Origin: Mobula hypostoma
Lineage: Eukaryota
DNA length: 64,000 nucleotides
Reading direction: 5' to 3'
Assembly: GCF_963921235.1 (NCBI RefSeq)
Contig: NC_086109.1
Location: 15,750,001-15,814,000 of the forward strand
Part shown: one piece after another, positions 1 through 12,261 of the stretch
How positions within the stretch are numbered: position 1 is the first letter of the stretch
Layout of the letters: each line of letters starts with the position of its first letter
Translations under genes and position numbers: made by a program
The notes under the pieces: model-generated
What the model was told of the DNA's origin: nothing
The model's input: only the letters and a program-made list of their open reading frames with translations
Databases searched by the model: none

Positions 1-157
1 AGAATGTAGATACTGAGAAAATGTTTCCAGGCTGAGATAATCCAGAATTTGTTGCATGGCCTCAGGATAAGGCTCAGACATTTAAGTCTGTGATGAGGAG
101 TCCTCCAGGGGATTCTAATCTTTGGAATACACAACACCAGCAAGTTGTAGAGACTGA

Positions 158-1026
158 GGCTACATCCACACTAGACCAGATAAATCCATAACCGAAGCTT
201 TTTCTCTTCGTTTTGACTCTCCTTCCACACTGAAACAGCATTTTCCTCCCCCGAAAATGGAACTTTTCTAAAACACTCTCCAGAGTGTTTAAATCTGAAA
301 ACGCCAGTTGGCCGTTGTAGTGTGTACGGGGTAACCGGCTATTTATAAAACCGCTGTCAGGACGTGCCGGAACAAATGGTGGCGGTAGCGCGGCGTTTCA
401 TTGTTTTCTTGAACACAACCTCCAACACCACAACAACAATGTAAACAGCCTAATGTAACATTGTATTGAAATACAAGATAACACTGATGCAGACATGTTT
501 TATACATTTAACAAGGTGCTTTATTAATATGTTGCTTGTGCAAACATTCAATAGATGCAATTGTCACTTTTGCCCAATAACTCGTTTTATTGCACATGTT
601 AAATACAGAAAAATAATACACAAAGACATGGCAAAAGTAAAGGCAAACAAATGAGGTAACAGCAAATTTCACTTTTGCCCAGTAACAAGCCTTATTGCAT
701 TTAGTTGTAGCTGTCATCCCTTTCATCAGTGAAGAGACTATGGCCGTAGTAAATGTTTCTGGACAAACACGCACCAAGTCTTTCATTTGGCAATTTCCTT
801 TTAAGTTTTTGTAGTCTGTAACTGGACAAGCACGCACCGAGTATACCATTTCCTCTTCGCTTGTTTTCTGTAGATGTGTCCTGCGCATGCCCAGTAGGAG
901 AAGATTCGCCCAAATACCCGTTTTAATGTGGACGGAGGTATTTTCAAAAATGCCTGGTGTGGACGCCTATCGTTTTTACACGAAACTGGCGTTTTCAAAA
1001 TTATCCGGTCTAGTGTGGACGTAGCC
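158..1026. mobile_element. Non-autonomous PIF/Harbinger-type DNA transposon (MITE) inserted in a decayed CR1 3' fragment
   Basis: 26-bp TIRs GGCTACATCCACACTAGACCAGATAA / TTATCCGGTCTAGTGTGGACGTAGCC (2 mismatches). Flanks are TGA and TAA, a TWA-like 3-bp TSD. CR1-like sequence rejoins across the insertion (gtagagactga|gtgattaaata). No transposase ORF. Confidence 0.85.
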
Positions 1027-1407
1027 TAAGTGATTAAATATGCTCTGAGATGGTTCAAAGGTTCAAAAGTTCATTTATAATTAAAGTATATAACTCTGAC
1101 ATTCTTCAATTCTCTGGGTAGTCAAGAATGGGTTAAAATTTATAGAAATTAGAGAAATCTGGGGTTATAGGGATTGTACAAGAAGTCAGAATTGGGGTGA
1201 AAGATCAGATTTGCGATGAAGAAGGTTCTCAACCTGAGATCCAGCATCTCGTTCTTGCTCGAGATTCTGGTTTCTGTAGCCTCTTTTCAGAAGGAAAACT
1301 GGAGATCAATATGGGAGGGAAGAGTGAGATTGATTTTTAGAGTTGGCTAAAATGTCAGTACAACATCGTGGGCTGAAGGGCCTGTACTGTTTTATGGTTC
1401 TATGATT

Positions 1408-1845
1408 CCATCATCAGAGATACCCCACCACCCAGGCCATGCTCTTTTCTCGCTGCTGCCATCAGATAGAAGGTACAAGAGCATCAGGACACGCAACACC
1501 AGGTTGAATAACAGCTGCTACCCCACAGCTATCAGGCTCTTGAATAGGGGATAACTACACTCACTTGCCCATCCATTCAAACGTTCCCACAACCGATGAT
1601 CTCACTTTAAGGACTTTTTATCTTGTTATCTGATGCTTTTGTTATTTATTGCTCTTTATTCTTATTTGTATTTGCAGAGTTTGTTATCTTCTGCCCTCTG
1701 GTTGATGTTACATTGATCCTGTTTACAGTTACTATTCTATAGGTTTGCTGGATATGCCCACAGGAAAATGAATCTCTGTGTCGTGTATGGTGACATATAT
1801 GTACAAACGTACTTTGATGATAAAATTTACCTTAATCTTTGGACT
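1408..1845 (+). mobile_element. Rex1/Babar LINE 3' fragment
   Basis: Encodes the typical Rex1 C-terminus IIRDTHHPGHALFSLLPSDRRYKSIRTRNTRLNNS-like, followed by the AATGAATCTC...TACTTTGATGATAAAATTTAC tail seen in many copies in this window. Confidence 0.7.
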
Positions 1846-2569
1846 ATGATTCTAAAGTTCTTTTGTCTGCCTTTGGCAAGGCTAAGGAGGCATATAGTGT
1901 CTTTGCAGTCCTGTTTATTACATTTTACACACAAATCAAAGACAAAGTCAGAAAGAGTAGGACAACGATGAATTGGATGGAGTTGTGCAAGTGTAAATTT
2001 ATCGACTATTTTCCCAGAAAGTCCGGACCTCCTAAGAATTGAATGTGGAAATAACTCATGATGTTGCTATAATCTCTTACATTTAATTCTTGACATGGGA
2101 ATTAGGGGTTCCCCAGTCCTTCAGCACAACAATAAAAATTCCATCGTTCTAATGCACATAAGATTGGAAGTTGACAATTTGGTCCCAGTGAACCTGCGGC
2201 CCTGCTCACTCGCTGAGATGTGAAAGGCTGATTTATGAACATTTGCCTTCAGGCTTCACATTTCCCTGGTAGGTTTGTTTAAAGCCTTTGGATGACATTG
2301 AGATATATGTTTGCTCACCAATTATTGTGGAATGTGGGTACCTCATCTGAAATCATATTAACCTCTAACAAGCTATCCATACAGAATACCAGTAAGAAAG
2401 GAAGAGTAGCTTAGGGATGCTTACAATCAAGTAATTTTGCAGTGTAGTCTCTATAGAAATATGGGAAACCCAGCAACCACTTTTTGAACTGCAAGCAGTT
2501 AGCAGTGAGATAATGAACAGATAATTTATAATTGAGGAATAAATATTTGGGAAAAGGAGCAGGTGAATG

Positions 2570-2629
2570 CTCTCTCTCTCTCTCCATATATATATATATA
2601 CATACACACACACATACATATACATACAG

Positions 2630-2674
<45 letters not shown>

Positions 2675-2705
2675 AAGAGAGAGATGTAGATATAATTATA
2701 TATAT
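2570..2705. repeat. Compound microsatellite (CT)n(AT)n(CA)n(AT)n(GA)n
   Basis: Dinucleotide runs read directly from the sequence. Confidence 0.95.
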
Positions 2706-2747
2706 GCTGAACATTGAAGTGGATGGGCTACAGCAGCAGAAGACGGC

Positions 2748-3265
2748 TTTTATACTTTATACTTTATTGTTGCCAAACAATTGGTACTAGAACGTACAAT
2801 CATCACAGCGATATTTGATTCTGCGCTTCATACTCCCTGGATTACAAATATTAAATATTAAAATATTAAAAATAGTTAAAATTAATAAATATTAAAATTT
2901 TAAATTATAAATCATAAATAGAAAATAGAAAAATGGGAAGTAAGGTAGTGCAAAAAAACTGAGAGGCAGGTCCGGATATTTGGTGGGTACGGCCCAGATC
3001 CGGGTCAGGATCAGTTCAGCAGTCTTATCACAGATGGAAAGAAGCTGTTCCCAAATCTGGCCCTACGAGGCTTCAAGCTCCTGAACCTTCTCCCGGAGGG
3101 AAGAGGGACGAAAAGTGTGTTGGCTGGGTGGGTCGTGTCCTTGATTATCCTGGCAGCACTGCTCTGACAGCATGCGGTGTAAAGCGAGTCCACGGACAGA
3201 AGATCGGTTTGTGTGATGTGCTGCGCCGTGTTCACGATCTTCTGTAGCTTCTTTCGGTTTTGGAC
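2748..3265 (-). mobile_element. Rex1/Babar LINE 3' end
   Basis: ORF 3011-3235 (AARIIKDTTHPANTLFVPLPSGRRFRSLKPRRARFGNSFFPSVIRLLN) is the Rex1 C-terminal motif. Short tandem tail TATACTT at 2750-2765. Confidence 0.85.
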
Positions 3266-3271
3266 ACTGCG

Positions 3272-3765
3272 GGTACTTTATTAGTGTACATAATAAAGTG
3301 GCCACGGCAGTGGAGTTTGGTGTGGTCTTCTGCTGCTGTAGCTCATCCAATTCAAGGCTCGACTCGTCCTGCATTCAGAGATGCTCTTCTGCACACTGCC
3401 GTTGCAACATGCGGTTATTTGAGTTACTGTTTGGAAATTCCCCTCTGACCTCTCTCATTAAGTGGATTTTTTTTTTGTTGTTTTTTGCACCCTTCTCTGT
3501 AAACTCTGGGGACTGTTGTGTATGAAAATCTCAGGAAATCAGAAGTTTTCGAGTTACTCAAACTAACACCGTCTGGCACCACAAAACATTCCACGGTCAA
3601 AATCACTTAGTCCATATTTCTTCCCCATTCTGATGTTGATCCAAAAAACAACTGAACCCCGGACCATGCTTTTATGCGTTGAGTTACAGCCACATAATTG
3701 TTTGATTAGATATTTGCATTAACTCACAGGTGTACATGCATACCTGATAAAGTGGTCATTAATTG
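3272..3765 (-). mobile_element. Internally deleted Tc1/mariner element
   Basis: TIR-like ends (ACTTTATTAG...; TACCTGATAAAGTGGTCA...TG followed by TA). The internal sequence matches the copy at 41172-41717 that encodes a Tc1 HTH. Confidence 0.75.
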
Positions 3766-3779
3766 TATATCGAGAGATA

Positions 3780-3979
3780 ATTCCCTGCTCCTTTTCCAAT
3801 ATCTTACAATCTTTTACATCCATTTAGGAAGCAAGCAGAATTTTGGCTTAAAGCTTCAATTGGAAGACAGTACTGTCTGGCACTGCACTAAGATTCTATG
3901 CTCACATCTCTGAACCAGGACCTGAATCTGTAACTTTTTGACTCAGAAGTGACGGCGCTACCCACTGAGCCACAGCTGA
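3780..3979 (-). mobile_element. tRNA-derived DeuSINE (SacSINE1-like), decayed
   Basis: The minus strand begins TCAGCTGTGGCTCAGTGGGTAGC...CTGAGTCAAAAAGTTACAGATTCAGGTCC (A box and degenerate B box). Related remnants lie near 5050-5250, 21800-21900, 42630-42690, 62330-62480 and 62755-62850. Confidence 0.65.
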
Positions 3980-4134
3980 GGCTGTAGTGATTCACAAACC
4001 AATTTAAATAATGAGCAAAACAAAACCCACTGTGTATAACATCCTCTTCAATTAAACTTGGTGGTCTGGTGGACGATCAGTTCCCTCAGTGCAATGAAGG
4101 AGGACCAGGTGCAGGATGCTCAGTCTTTCAACAG

Positions 4135-4450
4135 GCAGGAAGCTGGAGGAACTCAGTAAATCAGGAAGCATCTGTGGAAGCAAATGGACAATCAATGTTT
4201 TGGCTCAAGACTTGTCACTTGGATTGAAAGATAGAAGGGAGTTAGCCAGTATAAAAAGTGGGTAAGAAAAGCCGGGGGGGGGCAGGGGGGTGAGGTGGAG
4301 GAAGATATTCCCTCCACATTTTTATACTGATAATATCCCCTCTACCCTTTACTGCAACCTGGAATGTCAACTGCCTATTTCCCTCCACAGATGCTGCCTG
4401 ACCGGGTGAGATCCTCCAGGTTTTTGTGTGTTGCTCCAGATCTCTTGTAT
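4135..4450. mobile_element. Penelope-type terminal repeat fragments in inverted arrangement
   Basis: GCTGGAGGAACTCAG...GCATCTGTGGAAG on the left and its reverse complement CCTCCACAGATGCTGCCTGACC...CTCCAG on the right. Same family as 18402-18628. Confidence 0.6.
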
Positions 4451-4743
4451 CCACTCATAATCATAAAATTATGCTGCTTTATCATTTGATAGGATTATGC
4501 CTAAGCTCACAGTAAACTGTCCACCCATAGTTACCTCTTGTACCTTGATTATCAAGCATCTACATGCTGGCTCAGCTAGAGAAGGCCACATCCTTTGTAT
4601 GTATATATTTTTAAAAATGCTGATAGTCAGCCATCCAACAGGAATCTCAACACTGTTTCTCTTTGCATGGCCGCTGGCTGGTCTGTTCAGTTTTTTTCCC
4701 CCAATATTTTCTGGACAGGTGCATCAATAGGAAAGGATTAGTA

Positions 4744-4826
4744 CAGGGCTTCCCAACAAGGGGGGTCCACAGACCACTTGCTTAATGGAATTGGTTTCCT
4801 GGCATAGAAATGGTTGGGAACCCCTG
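4744..4826. mobile_element. 83-bp hAT (Charlie-like) MITE inside a CR1 3' end
   Basis: TIRs CAGGGCTTCCCAAC / GTTGGGAACCCCTG; 8-bp flanks GATTAGTA / GTTTAGAA (6/8 match). Confidence 0.75.
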
Positions 4827-5309
4827 GTTTAGAAGGATATGGACCAAAAATGGGACTCACCTAGATGTGTATCTTGGTCAGCATGTACTGGATGAGTTGA
4901 GGGGAGCGTGTTTGAATGCTAATAACGCTCTGACTCAATGACTGTTCTGTTTCAGGGTTTCTAGCATCTGCAGTATTTTGCTTTCAAAGTGCAGCCTACA
5001 CAATGAAACTCCCTAGTATAGCAATCTGATAATCACCATATAATCTGCCTTTTATAAGGGATGTTGGCTGAGGAATAGGTACTGGTGAGGGCCCTGGGAA
5101 TAGCATTGCTGCTTTTCTTTGAAAATGTCTTTGAAATGAGATCTTATAGACAAGTCAGGTAAAAAAAAATGACTCTGTCTATTGCTACTTCTCCAGAGAG
5201 TAATTGGATTGTCAGCATGGTTATTATACTCACGTCTCTGGAGTGGGTCTTTCAAAGTTCAAAGTAAATTTATTATCAAAGTAAATATATGTTAACATAT
5301 ATTACAAGG

Positions 5310-6145
5310 TAGTAAAGGTGGGGGAAGGAAATGGCTGAGAAACTGAATAAGTGTCTTGCATCAGTTTTCACTGTGGAAGACACAAGCAGTATGTCGGAAG
5401 TTTAAGAGGTTCTGGGGGCAGAAGTGAGTGCAGTTCTTATTATTAGTGAGTAGGTGCTCGATAAGCTGAAAGATCTGAAGATAGATACGTCACCTGAACC
5501 AGACGGGCTACAAGCCAGGGTTCTGAAGAAGGTAGCTAGGGAGATAGTGGAGGCATTAGTAATGCTCTTTCAAGAATTGCTAGATTCCGAACGGGTTCCG
5601 GATGACTAGAAAATTGCAAATGTCACTCCACTCTTCAAGAAGGGAAGGAGGCAGAAGCCTAACATCAGTGGTTGGGAAGATGTTGGAGTCGATTATTAAG
5701 GATTATTAAGATTATTATTGGGGTACTTGGAGGCACATGACAAAATAGGCCAATGTCCACTTGATTTCCTCAAAGGAAAATCTTGCCTGACAAATCTTCT
5801 GGAATTCTTTGAAGAAATAACAAGCAGGATAGATAAAGGAGAATTGGTGGATGTCATGTACTTGGATTTTGAGATAGCCTTTGAGAAGGTGCCACACATG
5901 AGGCTGCTTAACAAGCTATGAGCCCATGGTCTTACAGAAAAGATTCGAGCATGGATAAAGTAGGATTTACATAGATTAGGAGAATGAGAAAAGAAGTGGC
6001 AGACAGAATACAGTATTGGGAAGTTTATAGTCATGCACTTTGGTGAAAGAAATAAAAGTGTAGATTCTTTTCTAAACGGGAGGAAAATACAAAAGTCCAA
6101 GGTGCAAGGGGACTTGGCAGTCCTTGTGCAGGATTCCCTAAAGGT
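5310..6145 (+). mobile_element. CR1 LINE ORF2 (RT) fragment, first part of a split copy
   Basis: FLKGKSCLTNLLEFFEEITSRIDKGELVDVMYLDFEIAFEKVPH is CR1 RT. It carries stops and deletions and resumes at ~8581. Confidence 0.9.
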
Positions 6146-6354
6146 TCAAAGTTCAAAGTAAATTTTTTTTTTGTAATTTATTTTTTATTGAAATTCATCA
6201 TCAAAAAGTTTATTATCAAAATACATATATGTCATCACCTACAACACTGAGATTCATTTTCTTTCAGGCATACTCAATACATCCACAATAGAATAATAAT
6301 TATTATAGAATCGCTGAAAGACCTCACCAACTTGGGCACTCAACCAGTGTAAAC

Positions 6355-7223
6355 TTCTGGTTTAAGATAGTGCTACCGAACGCATGTGACAGCTCACTGG
6401 TGGTTCAGAAGGAAAGGAATTCGACTAAAACCAGTACTAATAACATTTTTTCTGAAGTAAGTTGTAGTAAATTATCACCACAAACAATGAAGAGGTGAGT
6501 GAAGGCCAAGCTAATTTGAGGGATGAACCACATTGCTGCGTTGCCGAAATGACGCAGATGGATTGAGCTATTCAGAGAGGGTAGGTAGAGGCAGAGGAGT
6601 TCAGATGCCCATACAACTGGCCCATGTGTGAGGTTGGATCGGTCAGGCACTAAGCCGAATTGGAGAAATCGCGAGTGGCTTCGGGCTGGGCAGTGAAACC
6701 TGGGCCTGGCGCAAGTTGCTGGGCAGCTTAGCCTAGGCTTGGAACATTTTGCTGCAGCGGTGCCTGGGTCCTAGTGTGAGGTACGATGCTCTGTTTGGAC
6801 AACTTAAACAATATACTGAAAAGATAGAGCCTCGGGATCAGAGGTGAGAGCCGATTTCACTCGCTCTCCAGCAATGTTCATTCCTCTCTCTATGCCACTG
6901 AGGTGATGAAGACTGCCCCCAGCTGCTGTGCTCCATACCCACCAAAATGATGAACTGATATCGAGGCTTTGGGCCTACTCCGGGCTGCTCTGAGGTTTGG
7001 ATCTAAGGACTTATTCTGGTTCGGGATGTTGTTGCTCACTTCTGTTGTTTGCATGATTTATTTTTTTCTCCTTTCTCTGTGCATTGGGTTTGAGTCTTTA
7101 TTTTTTTTAATTGGCTTCTTTCAGGTTTCTTGCTTTGTGGCGCCTGTAAACAAACAAATCTCAAGGTTGTATAATTTATACATTCTTTGATAATAAATGT
7201 ACTTTGAAAGCTTTGAAATCTTT
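6355..7223 (+). mobile_element. Non-autonomous retroelement with Rex1-type tail
   Basis: The 5' AAGATAGTGC resembles the AAGATGGCGC start of the 13908-14725 element. The 3' end is AATCTCAAGGTTGTATA...TTTGATAATAAATGTACTTTGAAAGCTTTGAA. No ORF. Confidence 0.6.
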
Positions 7224-7227
7224 CTAC

Positions 7228-8102
7228 TGTTACATACCCCATGGGTACCTTGTGACTGTCTTATGAGCATGATGTAATGGTCTTGTGGAGGTCACATGAT
7301 GTAATTTTCCCACCAGTGTGAGGTCACCTGATGATCTGTTCTCAACAGGTATAAAGGAGACCCCTGGTGTGACACAGTTAGTTTTCAGTTGAGTTGTTAT
7401 TTGCTTCGTTAGTTACTCCGTTATGCTGAATATTTGTTTCATGACGCAGTTTTGTTTTAAAACGGAGTTTTACTTTCTATTGTAAGGTAAAATCGTTGTG
7501 CCAGCAGTTTCACCAATCACTGCCAGCTTTGTTGGTGTATCTTTGATTTACCTTTACAGTAGTATTGGGGAGTGAAGACCTTATTCAAGGACGGGAACTT
7601 GAAGGATTGGAATAAAGTTGGAGTCGTTCAGCGGTTTAATGAAGGATCGACCTTACTGAGGATTCGTTCAGAATATGGTGACCTGTATCTGAGGTAACTC
7701 CTGCAGGAGCAGGGAAGTCTGAGCAGTGTTCACTCACCAGGAAAAGATCAGTTCTTTTAAGCAGTTTTATTTCCTTCGTCATTAATCCTTTGGAGAATCA
7801 GCAGTAATGTCACGTCTTCGAAGAAATCAGTTTCCAGAGAAATCCTTCCTTATTGACTGTGTAAATCACTTGAACTTTCGAATTTACCATTTTAAGACTG
7901 TGTTCGAATTTACCACTTCAAGAACTCTTTTTGAATTTACCCTTTTAAGAACTGTTCCAGAGTTGCCATATAGAAGTTAACTTCTGGTTAAGTTAGTCAT
8001 TTGAATACTTTTTGCTATTGTTGAGCAGAGTTTAATAAACGTTTGTTTGTTTTTTATAAAACCTGCCTCAATTCATAATTCATTGTTGCCGATCACGTGA
8101 CA
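7228..8102 (+). mobile_element. Solo LTR (Gypsy-type), 875 bp
   Basis: TGTTAC...GTGACA termini, perfect 4-bp TSD CTAC (7224-7227 / 8103-8106), TATAAAG near 7350 and AATAAA near 8034. Confidence 0.88.
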
Positions 8103-8580
8103 CTACAAAAAACAACAAACTGTGCAAATATATGAAGAAAGAAATAATAATAAATAAATAAGCAATAAACATTAACAACATGAGATGAAGAGACCTTGAC
8201 GGTGAGTCCATTGGTTGTGGAAACATCTCCATGTTGGAGCAAATGAAGTTGAATGAAGTTATCCTCGTTGCTTCAAGAACCTGATAGCAGAGGGATAATA
8301 ACTGTTCCTGAACCTGGTGGTCTGAACCCTGAGGCTCCTGTACCTTCTTTCTGATGGCAGCGGTGAGAAGAGATCAGACCTGGGTGGTGATAGATTCTGC
8401 TTTCCTGCGTCAATGCTTCATGTAGATGTGCTCAATGGTGGGGAGGGCTTTATCCATGATGGACTGGGCAGTATCCAATACTTTTTGTAGGATTTTCAAT
8501 TCAAGGGCTGTGATGCATCCAGTCAATATACTCTCCACTACACATCAATGTAAGTTTGTCAAAGTTCTAGATGTCATGCT

Positions 8581-9670
8581 GAACTTGCAATTTGAGTTGG
8601 TGGTGAGGAGGGCAAATGCAATGTTAGCATTCACTTTGAGAGGACTAGAATATAAAAGCAAGGCTATAATGCTGAAGCTTTATACGGCACTGCTCAATCC
8701 TCACTTGGAGTATTGTGAACAGTTTTGGATCCCTTATCTAAAAAAGGATGTGTTGACATTGAGACGGTTCAGAAGAGGTTCACGAGAATGATTCTAGGAA
8801 TGAAGCGGTTATCGTATGAGTATTGGATGGCTCTGGACCTGTACTTGCTGGAATTTAGAAGAACGATGGGGGATCTCATTGAAACCTATCGAATTTTGAA
8901 GGCCTAGATAGAGTGGATGTGAAGAGAATGCTTCCTGTAGTGGGGGAGTATAGAACCAGAGGGCACAGCCTCAGAATAGAGGGATGTTAATTTAAAATGG
9001 AGATGAGAAACAATTTCTTTAGCCATAGAGAGATGAATCTGTGGAATTCATTGCCACAGGCAGCTGTGGAGGCCAGGTAATTTGTGTCCTTAAGGTGGAG
9101 GTTGTTAGTTTCTTGATTAGTCAGGGTGTAAAAGGTTAGGTAGATAGATAGATAGATAGATATACTTTATTATTCCCGAGGGAAATTTGGTTTTGTTACA
9201 GCGGCACCAACCAAGAATAGAGCGTAAATATAGCAATACAACAAACCCCAACAATCAAACACCAAAATGCAAACTATGCCAGATGGAAAATAAGTCCAGG
9301 ACCAGTCTATTGGCTCAGGGTGTCTGACCCTCCATGGGAGGAGCTGAACGTTCGATGGCCACAGGCAGGAACGACCTCTCGTGCCGCCAAGTGTTGTATC
9401 ATGGTGGAATGTGGCCGAAGTCCAACAGTAAAAAGTTCAATATCCAATCTGCAAACAGGTTCCTCGATCGTAATATACCCCGGATTGCACCATCCGTTGT
9501 TCGCCAGAACAGTAAGCACCGAACTCCTTTACGCTTACCGCTCTCAGTGCACTTCCGGTCAGTGGGAAACAGGAGGAAAGAAGGAGAATGGCATTGAGAG
9601 GGAATTGGATCAGCCCTGATGAAATGGCAGAGCAGACTTGATGGGCTGAATGGCATAATTCTGCCCCCAT
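8581..9670 (+). mobile_element. CR1 LINE ORF2 C-terminus and 3' UTR (continuation of 5310-6145), interrupted at ~9141-9565
   Basis: VVRRANAMLAFTLRGLEYKSKAIMLKLYTALLNPHLEYCEQFWIPYLKKDV; VQKRFTRMILGM; 3' end GATGGGCTGAATGGC...TTCTGCCCC. Confidence 0.88.
9141..9562 (-). mobile_element. Short Rex1-tailed non-autonomous retroposon
   Basis: The minus strand ends in an RHERSFLPVAI Rex1-type C-terminal motif, AATAAA and a (TATC)n tail. The CpG-rich head begins near CCGGAAGTGCAC. Confidence 0.7.
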
Positions 9671-9908
9671 GTGTAAATAAAAATTAATACTGACAGCATG
9701 AGTTGTAAAGAGTCCTCCTTGAAAGTGATTCTGTAGGTCATAGTAACTGTTCAGAGCAAAGGAGTTTGAAGTTATCCACACTGATTCAGGAGCATGGTCA
9801 CTAAAGGATAATTACTGCTTCTAAACGTAGTAGTGTGAGACATAAGGCTTGCACCCTGAACGATGGTAGTAGCAAAAAGAGAGCATGACTTTTCTGGATG
9901 GTAGAGGT

Positions 9909-10153
9909 TGTTATGTTTCGTAACTCCAGAAACTAACTGAATGAAAAACACAGGAGCCAGGACACGTGTCTACATACTGTAGTTGTTCCTTAGTGAGGTG
10001 CTCACATAGGACTTCGTGACATAATGACATAAGCCATTCACGTGCTTCTTACATATAAACCGTAATGAAATAGGTAAACAAACAAAGGATGCTTAATCAA
10101 GCAATGTATTTACAATATTAATCAAATATTACTGAAATATTAAATACACTTCA
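9909..10153 (-). mobile_element. Solo LTR related to the Gypsy LTR at 46944-47181
   Basis: TG...CA ends. It shares blocks with 46944-47181 (GAGCCAGG, TTACATATAA, ATGCTTAATCAAG, ATTTACAATATT, AATATTAAATACAC) and interrupts a Rex1 fragment. TSD not convincing. Confidence 0.75.
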
Positions 10154-10339
10154 GGTGTCTTTGATGATGGATGTTACTTCCTTGTGGCAGCGTTCTATCT
10201 GAATGTACTCAATAGTGGGGAGGACTTCGCCTCTGATGGTCTTGGCCATATGCACCACTTCGTGTAGCCTGGACATTGGTGTTTCCAAACCAGGCTGTTA
10301 AGCAACCAGTTGGGAAACTCTCCACTGTGCATCCATGGG

Positions 10340-11607
10340 AATTTGCCAAACTTCATAGAATTTTTGGAGGATGTAACTAGTAGAGTGGATAGGCGAGAAC
10401 CAGTGGATGTGGTATATTTGGATTTTCAAAAGGCTTTTGACAAGGTCCCACACAGGAGATTAGTGTGCAAACTTAAAGCACACGGTATTGGGGGTAAGGT
10501 ATTGCTGTGGATAGAGAATTGGTTGGCAGACAGGAAGCAAAGAGTGCGAATAAACGGGACCTTTTCAGAATGGCAGGCAGTGACTAGTGGGATACCGCAA
10601 GGCTCAGTGCTGGGACCCATTTACAATATATATTAATGACTGAGACGAGGGAGTTAAATGCAGCATCTCCAAGTTTGCGGATGACACGAAGCTGGGCGGC
10701 AGTGTTAGCTGTGAGGAGGATGCTAAGAGGATGCAGGGTGACTCGGATAGGTTAGGTGAGTGGACAAATTCATGGCAGATGCAATTTAATGTGGATAAAT
10801 GTGAGGTTATCCACTTTGGTGGCAAGAACAAGAAAACAGATTATTATCTGAATGGTGGCCGATTAGGAAAAGGGGAAGTGCAACGAGACATGGGTGTCAT
10901 TATACACCAGTCATTGAAAGTGGGCATGCAGGTACAGCAGGCGGTGAAAAAGGCGAATGGTATGTTGGCATTCATAGCAAGAGGATTCGAGTACAGGAGC
11001 AGGGAGGTACTACTGCAGTTGTACAAGGCCTTGGTGAGACCACACCTGGAGTATTGTGTGCAGTTTTGGTCCCCTAATCTGAAGAAAGACATTCTTGCCA
11101 TAGAGGGAGTACAAAGAAGATTCACCAGATTGATTCCTGGGATGGCAGGGCTTTCATATGATGAAAGACTGGATCGACTAGGCTTATACTCTCTGGAATT
11201 TAGAAGATTGAGGGGGAATCTGATTGAAACGTATAAAATTCTAAAGGGATTGGACAGGCTAGATGCAGGAAGATTGTACTTGATGTTGGGGAAGTCCAGA
11301 ACGAGGGGTCACAGTCTGAGGATAAAGGGGAAGCCTTTTAGGACCGAGATGAGGAAAAACTTCTTCTCGCAGAGAGTGGTGAATCTGTGGAATTCTCTGT
11401 CACAGGAAACAGTTGAGGCCAGTTCATTGGCTATATTTAAGAGGGAGTTAGATATGGCCCTTGTGGCTAAAGGGATCAGGGGGTATGGAGAGAAGGCAGG
11501 TACAGGGTTCTGAGTTGGATGATCAGCCATGATCATACTGAATGGCGGTGCAGGCTCAAAGGGCCGAATGGCCTACTCCTGCACCTATTTTCTATGTTTC
11601 TATGTTT
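10340..11607 (+). mobile_element. Relatively young 5'-truncated CR1 LINE (RT and C-terminal domain, 3' UTR)
   Basis: YLDFQKAFDKVPHRRL, GIPQGSVLGP, KFADDTK, then a 260-aa open stretch (10731-11513). 3' end GGGCCGAATGGCC with a TTTCTATG tandem tail. One frameshift/stop region near 10615-10645. Confidence 0.95.
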
Positions 11608-12261
11608 GAATAGATGCATAGTGGAATGATACTTCCACTGAGACAGGGGGTCAAGTGAGTCAATAAGTTAAGGAATAGGGTGTACCTGAGAACTTGAACA
11701 AGTGACAAGATTTAATTACAGTGCTTGAGAGTTTTAACAACCTTACAGAATACACAGCAGGGGAGAGCAGAAATATCTGCAGTGGACAAGTCTTTTGCTC
11801 TTTTTGATTTAGTCCTTCCCCATTGAGAGAAAAAGAACAAATACCTGTTGCTTTCCTATCCTGGCGGATTGCAGCAGTTTCCCATGCCAAATGCATTCAG
11901 CCATTATGAGCCATTTGATCTTGCAGATGTCCTGTAACTCACAGATTATCAGCAAGTCCAATACTTCCCATCATCTCCAAGCAAAGGATTTTAGAATCTA
12001 ATGTATATCTCCCCTTTAATACCACGAAGAAAGAAATATTTCTTTTCAAAAGAATTTCACTGATATGACTCCCAAGGCAAATTGCCTTCAAGAATACATC
12101 CTATGTAAGGAGTGTTGGCCATTCTGTTTTTCTGCTTCGTCTCATTGCATCGTCAGCTGAATGTTGACTCCATTCTCTTCTCTCCACAGATATTCCCTTT
12201 ATTTCATATTGGTCAGACTAACCAGGAGACCAACCCATTTCCTTTTTCAACTAGATGCATG

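Larger units (their letters stand above)
6146..8580 (-). mobile_element. Rex1-type 3' fragment inserted in CR1 and itself interrupted by two younger insertions (6353-8102)
   Basis: Tail CAAAGTTCAAAGT at 6146. The body resumes at ~8107 and runs to 8580, with the reverse-complemented Rex1 C-terminal motif (CTGTTCCTGAACCTGGTGG...TGATGGCAGCGGTGAGAAGAG). Confidence 0.75.

Noticed and set aside
10731..11513. 260-aa ORF as a host gene
   Set aside because: It is the C-terminal part of CR1 ORF2 in a 5'-truncated copy with a CR1 tail.
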